DNA of 63,625 nucleotides, counting the filler. It is 9 parts of 9 records of this genome, joined end to end, with 100 filler letters (N's around TTAATTAATTAA, not from the genome) between each part and the next. Parts side by side here need not be neighbours in the genome. Positions count along the whole stretch, not along the records: positions 11,074 to 24,507 come from SRR31147125_54228; positions 24,608 to 29,718 come from SRR31147125_54253; positions 29,819 to 35,705 come from SRR31147125_54325; 6 more parts are not named here. One strand, given 5' to 3'. Each line of letters starts with the position of its first letter. Position 1 is the stretch's first letter. The translations under genes were made by a program, and so were the position numbers. The notes under the pieces are model-generated. The model saw only the letters and a list, made by a program, of their open reading frames with translations. It searched no databases and was not told the DNA's origin. Shown here one piece after another: positions 20,496 through 30,217 of this stretch.

Positions 20496-22080
20496 ATGGA
20501 AGAAACTAATTTTTCATTACAGGATGTAATTGAAATTATAAAACGGCGAAAGGCAGCCTATATTCTGCCTTTTATCCTGGTTACCGCCATTGCAGTGGCA
20601 GTGGCCTTTGTCCTGCCCTCCATTTACAGGTCAACATCCACCATCCTGATTGAGCAAAGGGAAATCCCCGCAGCATTTGTCACCTCAAGCATCACCACCT
20701 TTGCCGAGCAGAGAATGCAGAGCATCCATGCAAGGATATTAACGGCCACCCGCCTCTTGGCCTTGATTGAGGAATTCTCGCTTTACCCTGAGCTCCAGAA
20801 GAGAAAAACCAGTGACGAGATCATCCAAAAGATGAGGGATGATCTTCATCTGAATCCGGTGAATGTGGAGATTGCAGACCGCCTGCGCGGAACAACAGCC
20901 ACGGCCACCATCGCCTTTACCCTCTCCTATGACGGAAAAAACCCTTGCCAAGGTTCAGCAGGTGGCCAGTAAAATCACCTCCCTGTTTTTAAAAGAGGAC
21001 ATCAAGGTTCGAAAAGAGCAGTCTTCTTCTGCCTATGATTTTCTTTTTGGGGAAAAACAGCGGGTCCAGGAACAGATCAATGAACTGGAAAAGAGAATAG
21101 GGGCCTTTAAGGGTGAGCATGTGGAAAGTCTGCCTGAACTCTTCCTGCTCAACCAGCAGACCTTGAGCAGTCTGGAAAGAAATATCGACCAGAGCCGTGA
21201 AATGCTTCGGAATCTCAAGCAGAAAAAAGAGGAACTTGAAGAGGAATTGAACGCCACTCCGGTTCACATGGAGGAGACTGAGCTGCAGCAGCAGCAAAAG
21301 CACCAGGATGAACTTCGCCTGGAAATGCTTAAAATGGAATTGATCAAGCTCAAAACCCAGTATTCGGACCTCTATCCCGACGTGATAGAACTCAAGGAGG
21401 AAATTGAAGGGCTGGGCCAAAAGGTTGAAATTTCCCGGGCAAAAGAGAGAGAAAAGCCAAAGAATCCAGCCTATGTCACCTTGTCTTCACGGATTGCCGG
21501 CATTAAATCTGATATTGAGTCCACCCGGAATATGATCAAAGGGTATGAACAGGACTCGGAGCTGTACCGCACAAGGATCGCCAGAACCCCCAGGGTGGAG
21601 GAAACCTATAATGCGCTGCTGGCCGAACGCAGCAATCTTCAACTTAAGTCCACGGATCTTCAGGCCAAGATGATGGAGGCCCGGGTGGCCAAGGCCTTTG
21701 AATCCGAGCAAAAAGGCGAGCGTTTCTCCCTGGTGGAGGCGGCCAGACGCCCTGAAAAGCCCTTTAAACCCAACCGACTTGCAATTGTCCTGATCGGCAT
21801 TGTCCTGGGAATCGGAACCGGGGTGGGGTTAACCGCCTTGCTGGAGTTTACAGACACCTCCTTTCGAAAGGGCCAGACATTGTCTAAAATCACAGGCTTT
21901 CCCGTATTAACTGAGATTCCACCCATCATTACCAGACAAGACCGGATAAGAATCAAAAAAAGGCGGGTAATACTGGTGGCAGGAAGTCTTTTTGCCATTG
22001 TTTTGGGAATCATTGTCTTTGACGCCTATGTCATGAACTTAAACGTGCTTCGCGCCAAAATTGAGCGTAAGCTACCATAA
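20496..22080 (+). CDS. Polysaccharide chain-length determinant (Wzc/GumC membrane component); frameshift near 20936-20946
   Basis: N-terminal Wzz region (LPSIYRST.TILIE), coiled coils, YSDLYPDV, P.KP.KPNR-TM, GFPVL.EIP. Confidence 0.88.
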
Positions 22081-22098
22081 ACAAAAGGAAGTCAGCCC

Positions 22099-22854
22099 AT
22101 GGAACAATTGGAACAATGTCAAGCTTTAGACCGACCTGATCATCGATCCGGGGCCAAAGGACCTTTGGAATGGCAAAACCCCCGATACAAAGATTCAAAA
22201 TCCCATACCATTGATACGGAGTTTGTATTGGAAAATCGCGGGATCTGCATCAGCCCGGAGACCGATGAGGTGGAGCACTATAAAATTTTAAGAACCCAGA
22301 TCCAGCAGCAGGCCAAGTCACGAAAGCTCAATACCCTGATGATAACAAGCCCCAATGCCAACGAGGGTAAGACCACCACCTGCATCAACCTGGGATTTGT
22401 CTTTGCCAGGGAATTTTCCCAGACTGTGCTTATGGTGGATTGTGATTTCAAGGGCCAGGATATTCACCGGTATCTGGGCATTGCCAATGACAAAAGCCTG
22501 ATCGATTATTTCCTGGACGGGGTGCCCTTAAAAGAGCTGATCATTTGGCCGGGCATTGACAAACTGACCCTGATTTCCGGAAACGCAACGGTTATCGACT
22601 CCACTGAGATCCTCTCTTCCGATGCCATGCAGACCCTGGTGACCGAAATGGGCCAGCGGTATGCGGACCGGTATGTCTTTTTTGATGCGCCACCGGTCTT
22701 GGAACGGTCCGAGGCCATCTCCTTGGCCCCTATGATGGATGGGATTCTCATGGTGGTGGAGGCTGGGGTGACACCCAAAGAGGATGTGGAAAAAGCCTTG
22801 AGCCTTCTGCCCAAGGATAAATTTCTCGGGTTTGTACTGAATCGGAAAAAATAA
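22099..22854 (+). CDS. CpsD/CapB-type polysaccharide tyrosine autokinase-like ATPase
   Basis: E.YKILRT, Walker A SPNANEGKTT, VDCD, FDAPP, GFVLN. Confidence 0.88.
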   Translation: MEQLEQCQALDRPDHRSGAKGPLEWQNPRYKDSKSHTIDTEFVLENRGICISPETDEVEHYKILRTQIQQQAKSRKLNTLMITSPNANEGKTTTCINLGFVFAREFSQTVLMVDCDFKGQDIHRYLGIANDKSLIDYFLDGVPLKELIIWPGIDKLTLISGNATVIDSTEILSSDAMQTLVTEMGQRYADRYVFFDAPPVLERSEAISLAPMMDGILMVVEAGVTPKEDVEKALSLLPKDKFLGFVLNRKK

Positions 22855-22877
22855 GGAAATATGCTGCTCTGATGAAA

Positions 22878-22910
22878 TTCTAATCCTATGCTAAAGCGTC
22901 TCTAAATATC
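22878..22910 (+). promoter_or_regulatory. Candidate Pho-box-like 11-bp periodic repeats upstream of pstS
   Basis: CTAAT at 22880, CTAAA at 22891, CTAAA at 22902 (exact 11-bp period). Confidence 0.4.
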
Positions 22911-22999
22911 CTTATACGCCACAAATAATTTAAGGGTAAATAAGGTGGACCTTTAAAGCGAAGAACTTGCAGATTTCCAACCAACGTTAAGGAGTCATC

Positions 23000-23818
23000 A
23001 TGAAAAAAATTTGTATATTAATTGTGTCCTTTTTAATTACGGCCTGCCTGGCGGCAAGTCTACCGGTATATGCCGGGGAACTGGTCCTTAAAGGATCCAC
23101 CACAGTGCTTCCCATTGCCCAGAAGACAGCCGAAGCCTTTATGGCAGCGCACCCGGATATTAAGGTCTCCTTGTCCGGCGGCGGATCCGGAAACGGTATC
23201 AAAGCCCTCATCGACGGGACCACCAACATTGGTAACGCCTCACGGTTTATCAAGAGCAAAGAGGTGGAGATGGCCGTTACCCGGGGCGTTTATCCCGTAC
23301 CTTTCAGGATTGCCCTGGATGCCATTGTGCCCATTGTAAATCCTAAAAACACCATTTCCAACCTGACCCTGGTCCAGCTCAAGAAGATCTACCAGGGAAA
23401 TATTCGCGATTGGCGGGAGCTGGGCGGAACCCCGGGAAAAATCGTGGTCGTTTCCAGGGACAGTTCATCCGGCACCTTTGGGGTGTGGAAGGAACGGGTC
23501 ATGCTCAAGGAGCGGGTGGTACCCAGCGCCCTGACCGTTCCCTCCAACGGCGGGGTGGTCCAGGCGGTTTCCAACACCCCGGGGGCCATTGGTTATGTGG
23601 GGCTTGGGTACCTGAACAAGGGTCTGAAAGCCGTGACTGTAGACGGCATCAAAGGCACTGAGGAAAACACTCTTGACGGGACATTTCCCATTTCCAGAGG
23701 CTTGTTCATGTTTACCAACGGCTGGCCCCAAGGCGATACCATGTCCTTTATCTCCTTTCTGCTCTCCAGAAAGGGCCAGGACCTTGTCCGGGATGCCGGC
23801 TCCATTCCCCTTTTCTAA
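23000..23818 (+). CDS. pstS: Phosphate ABC transporter substrate-binding protein
   Basis: GSTTVLP, GGGSGNG, SRDSSSGT, AIGYVGLGY, PISR.LFM. Confidence 0.95.
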   Translation: MKKICILIVSFLITACLAASLPVYAGELVLKGSTTVLPIAQKTAEAFMAAHPDIKVSLSGGGSGNGIKALIDGTTNIGNASRFIKSKEVEMAVTRGVYPVPFRIALDAIVPIVNPKNTISNLTLVQLKKIYQGNIRDWRELGGTPGKIVVVSRDSSSGTFGVWKERVMLKERVVPSALTVPSNGGVVQAVSNTPGAIGYVGLGYLNKGLKAVTVDGIKGTEENTLDGTFPISRGLFMFTNGWPQGDTMSFISFLLSRKGQDLVRDAGSIPLF

Positions 23819-23849
23819 TCTGTTGGGAATTTTTATCGGGAATTTATAG

Positions 23850-24507
23850 ATGAATCGTCAACAAATGGATAAAACAATGCGGTCAACACTCTTGTTGATC
23901 GCATTATTTTCAATCATGGCCCTGGGACTCATCGTGGTCTTTCTCTGTATAGAAGGCCTTCCCATACTGGATCATATCGGTCTCAAAGAGTTTCTTCTGG
24001 GGCAGTATTGGTATCCCACGGATGATCCTGCGGATTTCGGGATTCTTCCCCTGATTTCAGGGTCAGCCTTTGTTACACTTCTCTCCGGAGCAATGGCCAT
24101 TCCCCTGGGGGTTCTAACGGCCATCTACCTGGCTGAAATTGCACAGCCAAAGGTGGCGGAGGTGATAAAGCCCATTGTGGAACTCATGGCCTCCATGCCT
24201 TCGGTGGTCATCGGTTTTTTCGGTATGGTGGTGGTGGCACCGTTTATCCAGGAGTTGTTCAATATCCCTGTGGGACTCAACCTTTTCAATGCCTCTCTTA
24301 TGCTGGCATTCATGGCGGTTCCCACCATCTGCAGTATTTCCGAGGATGCCATCTTTTCGGTTCCCATGGCCCTGAAAGAAGCCTCCTTTGCTTTGGGTGC
24401 CAATCATTTTGAAACCATTATCCGGGTGATTATCCCCTCGTCCTTGTCCGGAATATGCACGGCAGTTATTCTGGGGCTGTCCCGGGCCATCGGCGAGACC
24501 ATGGTGG
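23850..24507 (+). CDS. pstC: Phosphate ABC transporter permease (3' truncated)
   Basis: FGILPLI.GS, ELMASMPSVV.GFFG, LSRAIGETMV. Confidence 0.93.
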
Positions 24508-24607
24508 NNNNNNNNNNNNNNNNNNNNNNNNNNNNNNNNNNNNNNNNNNNNTTAATTAATTAANNNNNNNNNNNNNNNNNNNNNNNNNNNNNNNNNNNNN
24601 NNNNNNN
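24508..24607. other. Artificial contig linker
   Basis: N-run + TTAATTAATTAA + N-run. Confidence 0.98.
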
Positions 24608-25665
24608 GCCATCGCTGTCGGTGTGTCCTTCAACACTGAAGTTTATATCGGGATTGTCGTCCATCAAATCGAAAATTTTATTGATAATTCCCATCGACTC
24701 GGGGCGGAGCGTGGCTTTGTTAACATCGAAGCGGATTCCGGTAGCAACAATTTTTCCGTCCTGCAAAAAACGGTCGTAGAATTTTACACCGCCTTCAGCA
24801 ATTCTTATATTTTTTACATAATAAGGTCTATCATTTCGACAATGGTAGCTATGTAATGAAAGCCCTTTGGGATCGAAATCTAATCTTGGGATATTTATTA
24901 AACGGGTTTCGTCTATATATCCTTTCAATTTTCCATTTGTATAGGCTATCGCTACATGTATCCATCTTCTTTTCTCCACATTTTTTTCATCAGGGAGCCT
25001 GCTATTTGATTGCCCAAATTCCATGCGGTAATATGATATGTTAAAACTTGTGTAACCGGTGGGACTGCCTGATTTCTGGTTTTTTCTGTCGTACAAATAG
25101 GTGACAAAATTGTCAGGGCCACAGTATAAATCGAATTCAATTGTAAAAACTTCCGGGAGATAATCTTCTTTGGCAATTTTCATATATGGCATAATGATTG
25201 GCGCACCATCACGAAACATTATTACCGGATCGCCTCCAAATTCAGCAACTTCAACATTACCACGATCTAAATCCCAACGCGATGGGAATTCGCCGTTTTC
25301 CTCGCCTGCAAGGTTGTCTTCAAAAATTACTTTGTCGCCGGGCACAAAATCGTATTTAGCCCAATTAAGTGTTGGTCCGGCCTGAGCTGCATTTTGAACT
25401 TCAGCAGGAGCTTGCTGTTCTTGGTTATTCTGGTTGTTTTGTTGCTCTTCTTTCTTTTTCTTTTTTTCTTTTTCTTGCCAAACAGGCCACCAATTCCTTC
25501 TTCAAGTTTGTCCAGTCCTTTGTCTATTCCCTTGTCAATTTTTTCGTTTACACGTTTAGTGCCTTCTTTTTCTGCTTCCTTTTTCGGATCTACAACTTGT
25601 GCTGTGGCACAAATGCTAAATACAATACAGATTGCTGTAAACAGAGTTGTTAGTTTTGTTTTCAT
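24608..25665 (-). CDS. OmpA-family protein (Bacteroidota type); frameshift in poly-A near 25450-25475; 3' truncated
   Basis: Signal peptide and charged N-region (ORF 25327-25665) join WAKYDFVPGDKVIFEDN...GEFPSRW. C-terminal GIRFDVNKATL...VEGHTDSDG is an OmpA domain. Confidence 0.85.
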
Positions 25666-25880
25666 TTTACCTCTATTTTTTGGTTTACTAATTCGTTGAA
25701 TTTGATAATTGCTTGTACCCGGTTATCCGCATCCAGTTTCTTGTATATTTTTTTTAGATGAAATTTAACCGTGTTTACTGTTATTCCGATTTCTCCGGAT
25801 ATTCTTTTATTCGAGAATCCTTTATTTAATAATTCAAGGATGACCAGTTCGTGCGATGTTATTCTTTCGATTTCTTTCAT
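25662..25880 (-). CDS. Stand-alone LuxR/GerE-type HTH protein (72 aa)
   Basis: T..E..IL.LL.KG.SNK.I...I.ITVNTVKFHLKKIYKKL...NRVQA. Confidence 0.88.
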   Translation of the reverse strand: MKEIERITSHELVILELLNKGFSNKRISGEIGITVNTVKFHLKKIYKKLDADNRVQAIIKFNELVNQKIEVK

Positions 25881-25952
25881 TCTATTTTGGTATTGAAGAT
25901 GAAGTTTGCGACTATTGGAACTTTTTTTCCTCGTTTTATTCAGAAAAGATCT

Positions 25953-27569
25953 TTAAGGATCATATTCAAACGCGCCGATATCCACAACCTTCTTTCCATC
26001 ATTGTTTCCATCAATTTTGCGGTCCTTTCCGGCACAGTCTTCTCCCGGAACTGCCGGGACAGCAGAATCGGAGCCTGCGTCAATGGCGGGAGAATTGGCT
26101 GTTAGCTTGAATTTGTCGTTTAGCAGAGGGTCTACATTAAGGATTTTTCTTCTTGAAACGGTGTTGCCAATATAGACAGAATCACTATGAAGAATATTGC
26201 ACAAAAAGTTTACCTGAGCCCCAATACCGTCAGAAGGTTCGATAGACCGTAGATCAGAACAGTCGTTGTTAATAACCACTTCTTTATTAATTTGCGACCA
26301 CTTGCCACCGTTTTTTGTAACATTGCCGTGGAATAAATTATTCACGAGGTTCGCTGATGAAATATTATTGCATAAACACATTGAAAGAACTCCGCCATTT
26401 TTAATATTCACTGAATTCAAGGCAAAAGTACAATTGAGAATATCAGCCGCTCCCATATCGGTGCGAATTTGAAGGGCCGAGCCAAAGGCCGCGCGGTTAC
26501 GGGCAAATAAGCAGCTTTTAACAACGATTTTTGACTTTTTATCTGTTTCGGTGTTTAAATCTACTCCAGACTGGATTTTAGCCGCTCCACCGTAATTGGT
26601 AGCGCGGTTGTCGGTAAAAACATTACGAAAAAGGGTAATATTACTTTCCCCCTGACTTCCTACATAAGCGGCTCCGTTTTTGGCACCATCATTACCGATG
26701 AATTCATTCCTTTCCAGATTGATTTTGGAATTAACGCCACCTACACTAAGCGCTCCAGATTTGATGCCGCTATTGTCTGAAAAGGTATTTTTATCCACAA
26801 GAATTTCGCCCTTGCCTAAAACGACACACTGCACAGGAGAAACAGTAGTAGTCGTATTATTCGTGAAAGTGTTATCACTAATTTTTAAAGCACCGTAGGT
26901 TGCAAAAAGGCTGAGGACAGGGTAATTTTTATTATTGGTAAATTTACATTTTTCAATAGTAGAACTACTCTGAATAGAACTAAGCCTGATTGCCCCAGAA
27001 CAGGAATCGACAACACATTTTCGCACATAAACAGTGCCTTGACCATTACTGCCAGCAGTCAATCCAACTCCTTCGTCGCCTTTGCAATTAATAAACTTGC
27101 AATTCTCAACCCGAATGGAAGCATTGTTTGTGCCAATGCCCAATGCACTTTTTGATGAACCCTTTACATTTTTGAAACATATATTTGATATGGTTATATT
27201 GGCTCCGAAATCGTCCGACATATTCCCCGTCATTATATGGAAAATTGACCCGCCCGCACCGTCAATTATGGTTTTATCAGCACCGGCACCATTAATGGTT
27301 AGCGAATAATGTTCTTCCATCTCCGGTTTTGGGCGTCTTGGCGGATCATACCAGAAATACTGCTGTACTCCCTTAAGGCTTATGGTGCCTTTACCAATAT
27401 TGATAACATCTGGACTTCGGTTCGACTCAGCCAGGTTCAGTGCTGTTTGTATCTGAATGAAATCAATATTGTTAGAGATAACAGTGTCAGCATCCTGCGC
27501 ATTCAACGATTCAGAACAAAAACTGAAAATTCCGATAAATGCAATTATTATTATACAGATTTTATTCAT
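25953..27569 (-). CDS. Secreted right-handed beta-helix repeat protein with C-terminal choice-of-anchor-Q-like domain
   Basis: Signal peptide, repeated NC.F.NN / GGA motifs, C-terminal L...SPAIDAG...R..DG..DG...VDIGAFEY. Confidence 0.8.
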   Translation of the reverse strand: MNKICIIIIAFIGIFSFCSESLNAQDADTVISNNIDFIQIQTALNLAESNRSPDVINIGKGTISLKGVQQYFWYDPPRRPKPEMEEHYSLTINGAGADKTIIDGAGGSIFHIMTGNMSDDFGANITISNICFKNVKGSSKSALGIGTNNASIRVENCKFINCKGDEGVGLTAGSNGQGTVYVRKCVVDSCSGAIRLSSIQSSSTIEKCKFTNNKNYPVLSLFATYGALKISDNTFTNNTTTTVSPVQCVVLGKGEILVDKNTFSDNSGIKSGALSVGGVNSKINLERNEFIGNDGAKNGAAYVGSQGESNITLFRNVFTDNRATNYGGAAKIQSGVDLNTETDKKSKIVVKSCLFARNRAAFGSALQIRTDMGAADILNCTFALNSVNIKNGGVLSMCLCNNISSANLVNNLFHGNVTKNGGKWSQINKEVVINNDCSDLRSIEPSDGIGAQVNFLCNILHSDSVYIGNTVSRRKILNVDPLLNDKFKLTANSPAIDAGSDSAVPAVPGEDCAGKDRKIDGNNDGKKVVDIGAFEYDP

Positions 27570-27622
27570 TCCTTTTTGATGTTGTTCATGAATAAAGTTA
27601 CTGAAGAACAGCTATATAATGT

Positions 27623-27685
27623 ACTACCCCTTTGGGTAGTTTTATCTAAAAATGATGAAGTTTTTGTACTACCCTTTTGGGTAGA
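27623..27685. promoter_or_regulatory. Two palindromic operators ACTACCC-N4-GGGTAG(T/A), probable LuxR-family sites
   Basis: ACTACCC-CTTT-GGGTAGT at 27623-27640 and ACTACCC-TTTT-GGGTAGA at 27668-27685, both preceded by TGT. A minus-strand TAACTTTA at 27593-27600 resembles the Bacteroidota -7 element. Confidence 0.7.
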
Positions 27686-27746
27686 AAAAGAAAGAAATTG
27701 GGATTTTGATTGATTGAGTTTATTTGGAGATTGGTATTTGAATTGC

Positions 27747-29552
27747 TTATCCCGCCATTTTTTGCAAGGCCTGAACGCGATTTCTTACATCGAGCTTAAT
27801 GAAAATATTTTTGATGTGGAATTTGATGGTGTTTTTCGAAACAAAAAGTTTTTCGGCAATTTCCTCGTTTCCAATTCCGGTGGCAATTAGTTCCATAATT
27901 TCGGTTTCGCGCTGTGTTAATCCGTATTTATTCACCAGCATAGTAACCGGGTTTTCGTTCTTGTGTTCTACTTTAAGTTTATCGAGCTGAAGCAGATAAT
28001 TTCTTATTTCAAGGTTCATTTGTTCAATGCGGTGGTTTTTATGGCGTATGGTTAACAAGCCTATTACAGTAAAGGCAATTGTTAGCAAAAGTAAAGCTGC
28101 AAATAGCATCCATGTTTTCTGTAAACGCTCTGTTTTAATCTGGTTGTCTTTATCTAAAAGGTCTATTTGGTATTGCGCTATCCTTTGTTTTTTGTCGTAC
28201 TCGTGTTGTATATCCAACCGGGTAACTTTACGCATAAAGGTTTTATTGTTTATGCTGTCGTTTAATTTCAGGTATTCTACAAGAAAAGGGTAGGCCAAAT
28301 CTTTTCGCTGCAGGTTATAATAGATTTGACTTAAAAGAAAGGCAGAAGAAAGTAGCGTTTGTGGGGCGTTGTTTTGTTTTGCCAGGGAATGAGCTTCTTT
28401 CGCAATAATAAGTGCTTTGTCGAATTGCTTCTGCTTTTTTTGCGCATCGGCCAAATTTACCAGATAAGATGCCAACGCTTTATTGCTGTTTTTTCTGGCT
28501 ATGTTAACCGATTCCGAGCTGTACAAGAATGCCGAATCTGCTTCTTCCATTTTTAGAAATGCCGAAGCCATTTTATCGTAACTCATGGCTACTCCGTCGG
28601 AATAATTCGATTTTCGGGCAACATCTAAACTCTGTCGCATGTAGCTCAATGCGCTGTCGTGCTGTGCTAAGTTGCTGTACGACATTGCAATGTTGTTAAG
28701 CGTTTTGTTTGTTTCCCATTGGTTTGTCGAATTCAGTATTATTTCGAGTTTCTTTAAGTTGAACTCCAACGATTTTTGATAGTCTTCCTGGTAAAAATAG
28801 ACATTGGCAATAGAGCCATAAGCAATGGCCAAACCCAATGAATCGTTTTTTTCTTCCCAAAGTCTGAATGCTTCGAAATACGAATCAATCGCCTGGTTAA
28901 AAAGAAACATGTCTTTAAAAATTTGTCCTTGGTCGTTAAGGGCATTGGCCCATTGAGTTGTGTCTTTCCCCGTTTGTGCCGTTTTAATGGCTTTGCCCGA
29001 TAAGCTGAGTGCTTTTTCGTAGTTTCCGGCATTCCGCTCTAAATAAATTAACGCGGAAAGGGCGGCAATTAGTTCTTTGTTTTGCCCGGTTTGTTCGAAA
29101 AAGCTTACACTACGTTCGCCATATTCCATGGCTTTTTTCGGGTTGCCTCCAAAATTGTAGAGAAACGAAAATCCGTAACAAACTCGTCCCTGTCCCTCCA
29201 AATCTTTTAATTGTTCGTAAATGTTTAATGCCCGGTTAAAATAGAAAACAGCACTGTCGCCTGGATTATATTTTGCCAAAAAAGCGGCCCCAAGCGCCAG
29301 GTATGCATCAGCAATTCCTTTTTCGTATTCCTGATTTTGCGACAACGATAATGCTTTGTGTGCATCGTTAATGGAACGTGATGGATTAATTCGGGCAGAA
29401 TTGTATGCCTCTCTGGTAAGCGAATTAATGGCGCTTGTATCGGCAGGTGCTATATTCGTTCCGAAAAGATGAAATTGAAATAGTACAAACAAGGATATTA
29501 AAAAGCACCTTATGCAGGGGTGAATGTCAATTTGATTTCCTTGTCTTCCCAT
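27747..29552 (-). CDS. Membrane-spanning TPR-sensor / LuxR HTH one-component regulator
   Basis: N-terminal hydrophobic segment, TPR array, TM helix (WMLFAALLLLTIAFTVIGLL), C-terminal LTQRETEIM...KNTIKFHIKNIFIKLDVRNRVQA. Confidence 0.88.
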   Translation of the reverse strand: MGRQGNQIDIHPCIRCFLISLFVLFQFHLFGTNIAPADTSAINSLTREAYNSARINPSRSINDAHKALSLSQNQEYEKGIADAYLALGAAFLAKYNPGDSAVFYFNRALNIYEQLKDLEGQGRVCYGFSFLYNFGGNPKKAMEYGERSVSFFEQTGQNKELIAALSALIYLERNAGNYEKALSLSGKAIKTAQTGKDTTQWANALNDQGQIFKDMFLFNQAIDSYFEAFRLWEEKNDSLGLAIAYGSIANVYFYQEDYQKSLEFNLKKLEIILNSTNQWETNKTLNNIAMSYSNLAQHDSALSYMRQSLDVARKSNYSDGVAMSYDKMASAFLKMEEADSAFLYSSESVNIARKNSNKALASYLVNLADAQKKQKQFDKALIIAKEAHSLAKQNNAPQTLLSSAFLLSQIYYNLQRKDLAYPFLVEYLKLNDSINNKTFMRKVTRLDIQHEYDKKQRIAQYQIDLLDKDNQIKTERLQKTWMLFAALLLLTIAFTVIGLLTIRHKNHRIEQMNLEIRNYLLQLDKLKVEHKNENPVTMLVNKYGLTQRETEIMELIATGIGNEEIAEKLFVSKNTIKFHIKNIFIKLDVRNRVQALQKMAG

Positions 29553-29718
29553 ATAATTCCGATTGAAAAAGAATAGTTAAGTTAGTGAAAATTTGGCTTT
29601 TCATCAATCGAATTTTTAATGATTATCCTCACTACTATCTCGCGTGCTGAAACCATTGTTCATTCCGAGAGTCTACCCAAACATTTTTGGCATAATGAGT
29701 GAATGACAGAGATGCTGA

Positions 29719-29818
29719 NNNNNNNNNNNNNNNNNNNNNNNNNNNNNNNNNNNNNNNNNNNNTTAATTAATTAANNNNNNNNNNNNNNNNNNNNNNNNNN
29801 NNNNNNNNNNNNNNNNNN
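29719..29818. other. Artificial contig linker
   Basis: N-run + TTAATTAATTAA + N-run. Confidence 0.98.
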
Positions 29819-30211
29819 CAATTTCCGGCTGCCGGTACTTGAAAATCCTTCCATTGGTTCAACTTGCGGAATCCCGGGAGCCTCCGACGAAACATAGGAA
29901 ACATAAAGTTTTTCCAGTTCGGCATATCCGAACTGCACCGCTTCCGCTATTTCACTGAACTCTTCATCGCTGAATTCGCGCTGTTTTCCCGTCGGTGAAT
30001 TATTCAGGTTCCAGTAAAAGTATTTCCGGAAGACAATATCGACCGGCAGGGTTGAAGAGACATCAATTCCCAACTGCTGCAAAGTTACGATCCAAAGACG
30101 CAGGCGCAGAATCCGCAGTTCAAAATTTTCACGGGTTGTCGGCACTGTTTTCAGTTCGCTTCGTATGTTGTCTAATTCCGGACTATTGCTGGTAATCATA
30201 TTCTCTTTCAT
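29819..30211 (-). CDS. Hypothetical protein, N-terminal part (3' truncated)
   Basis: AAGGA RBS, starts 6 nt after the upstream stop, same strand as the operon. Confidence 0.6.
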
Positions 30212-30217
30212 TATCCT

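Noticed and set aside
20930..20950. Programmed -1 frameshift at G GAA AAA AC in wzc (and similar A-runs)
   Set aside because: Many unrelated genes in the window show the same homopolymer-type breaks, so sequencing error is more parsimonious.
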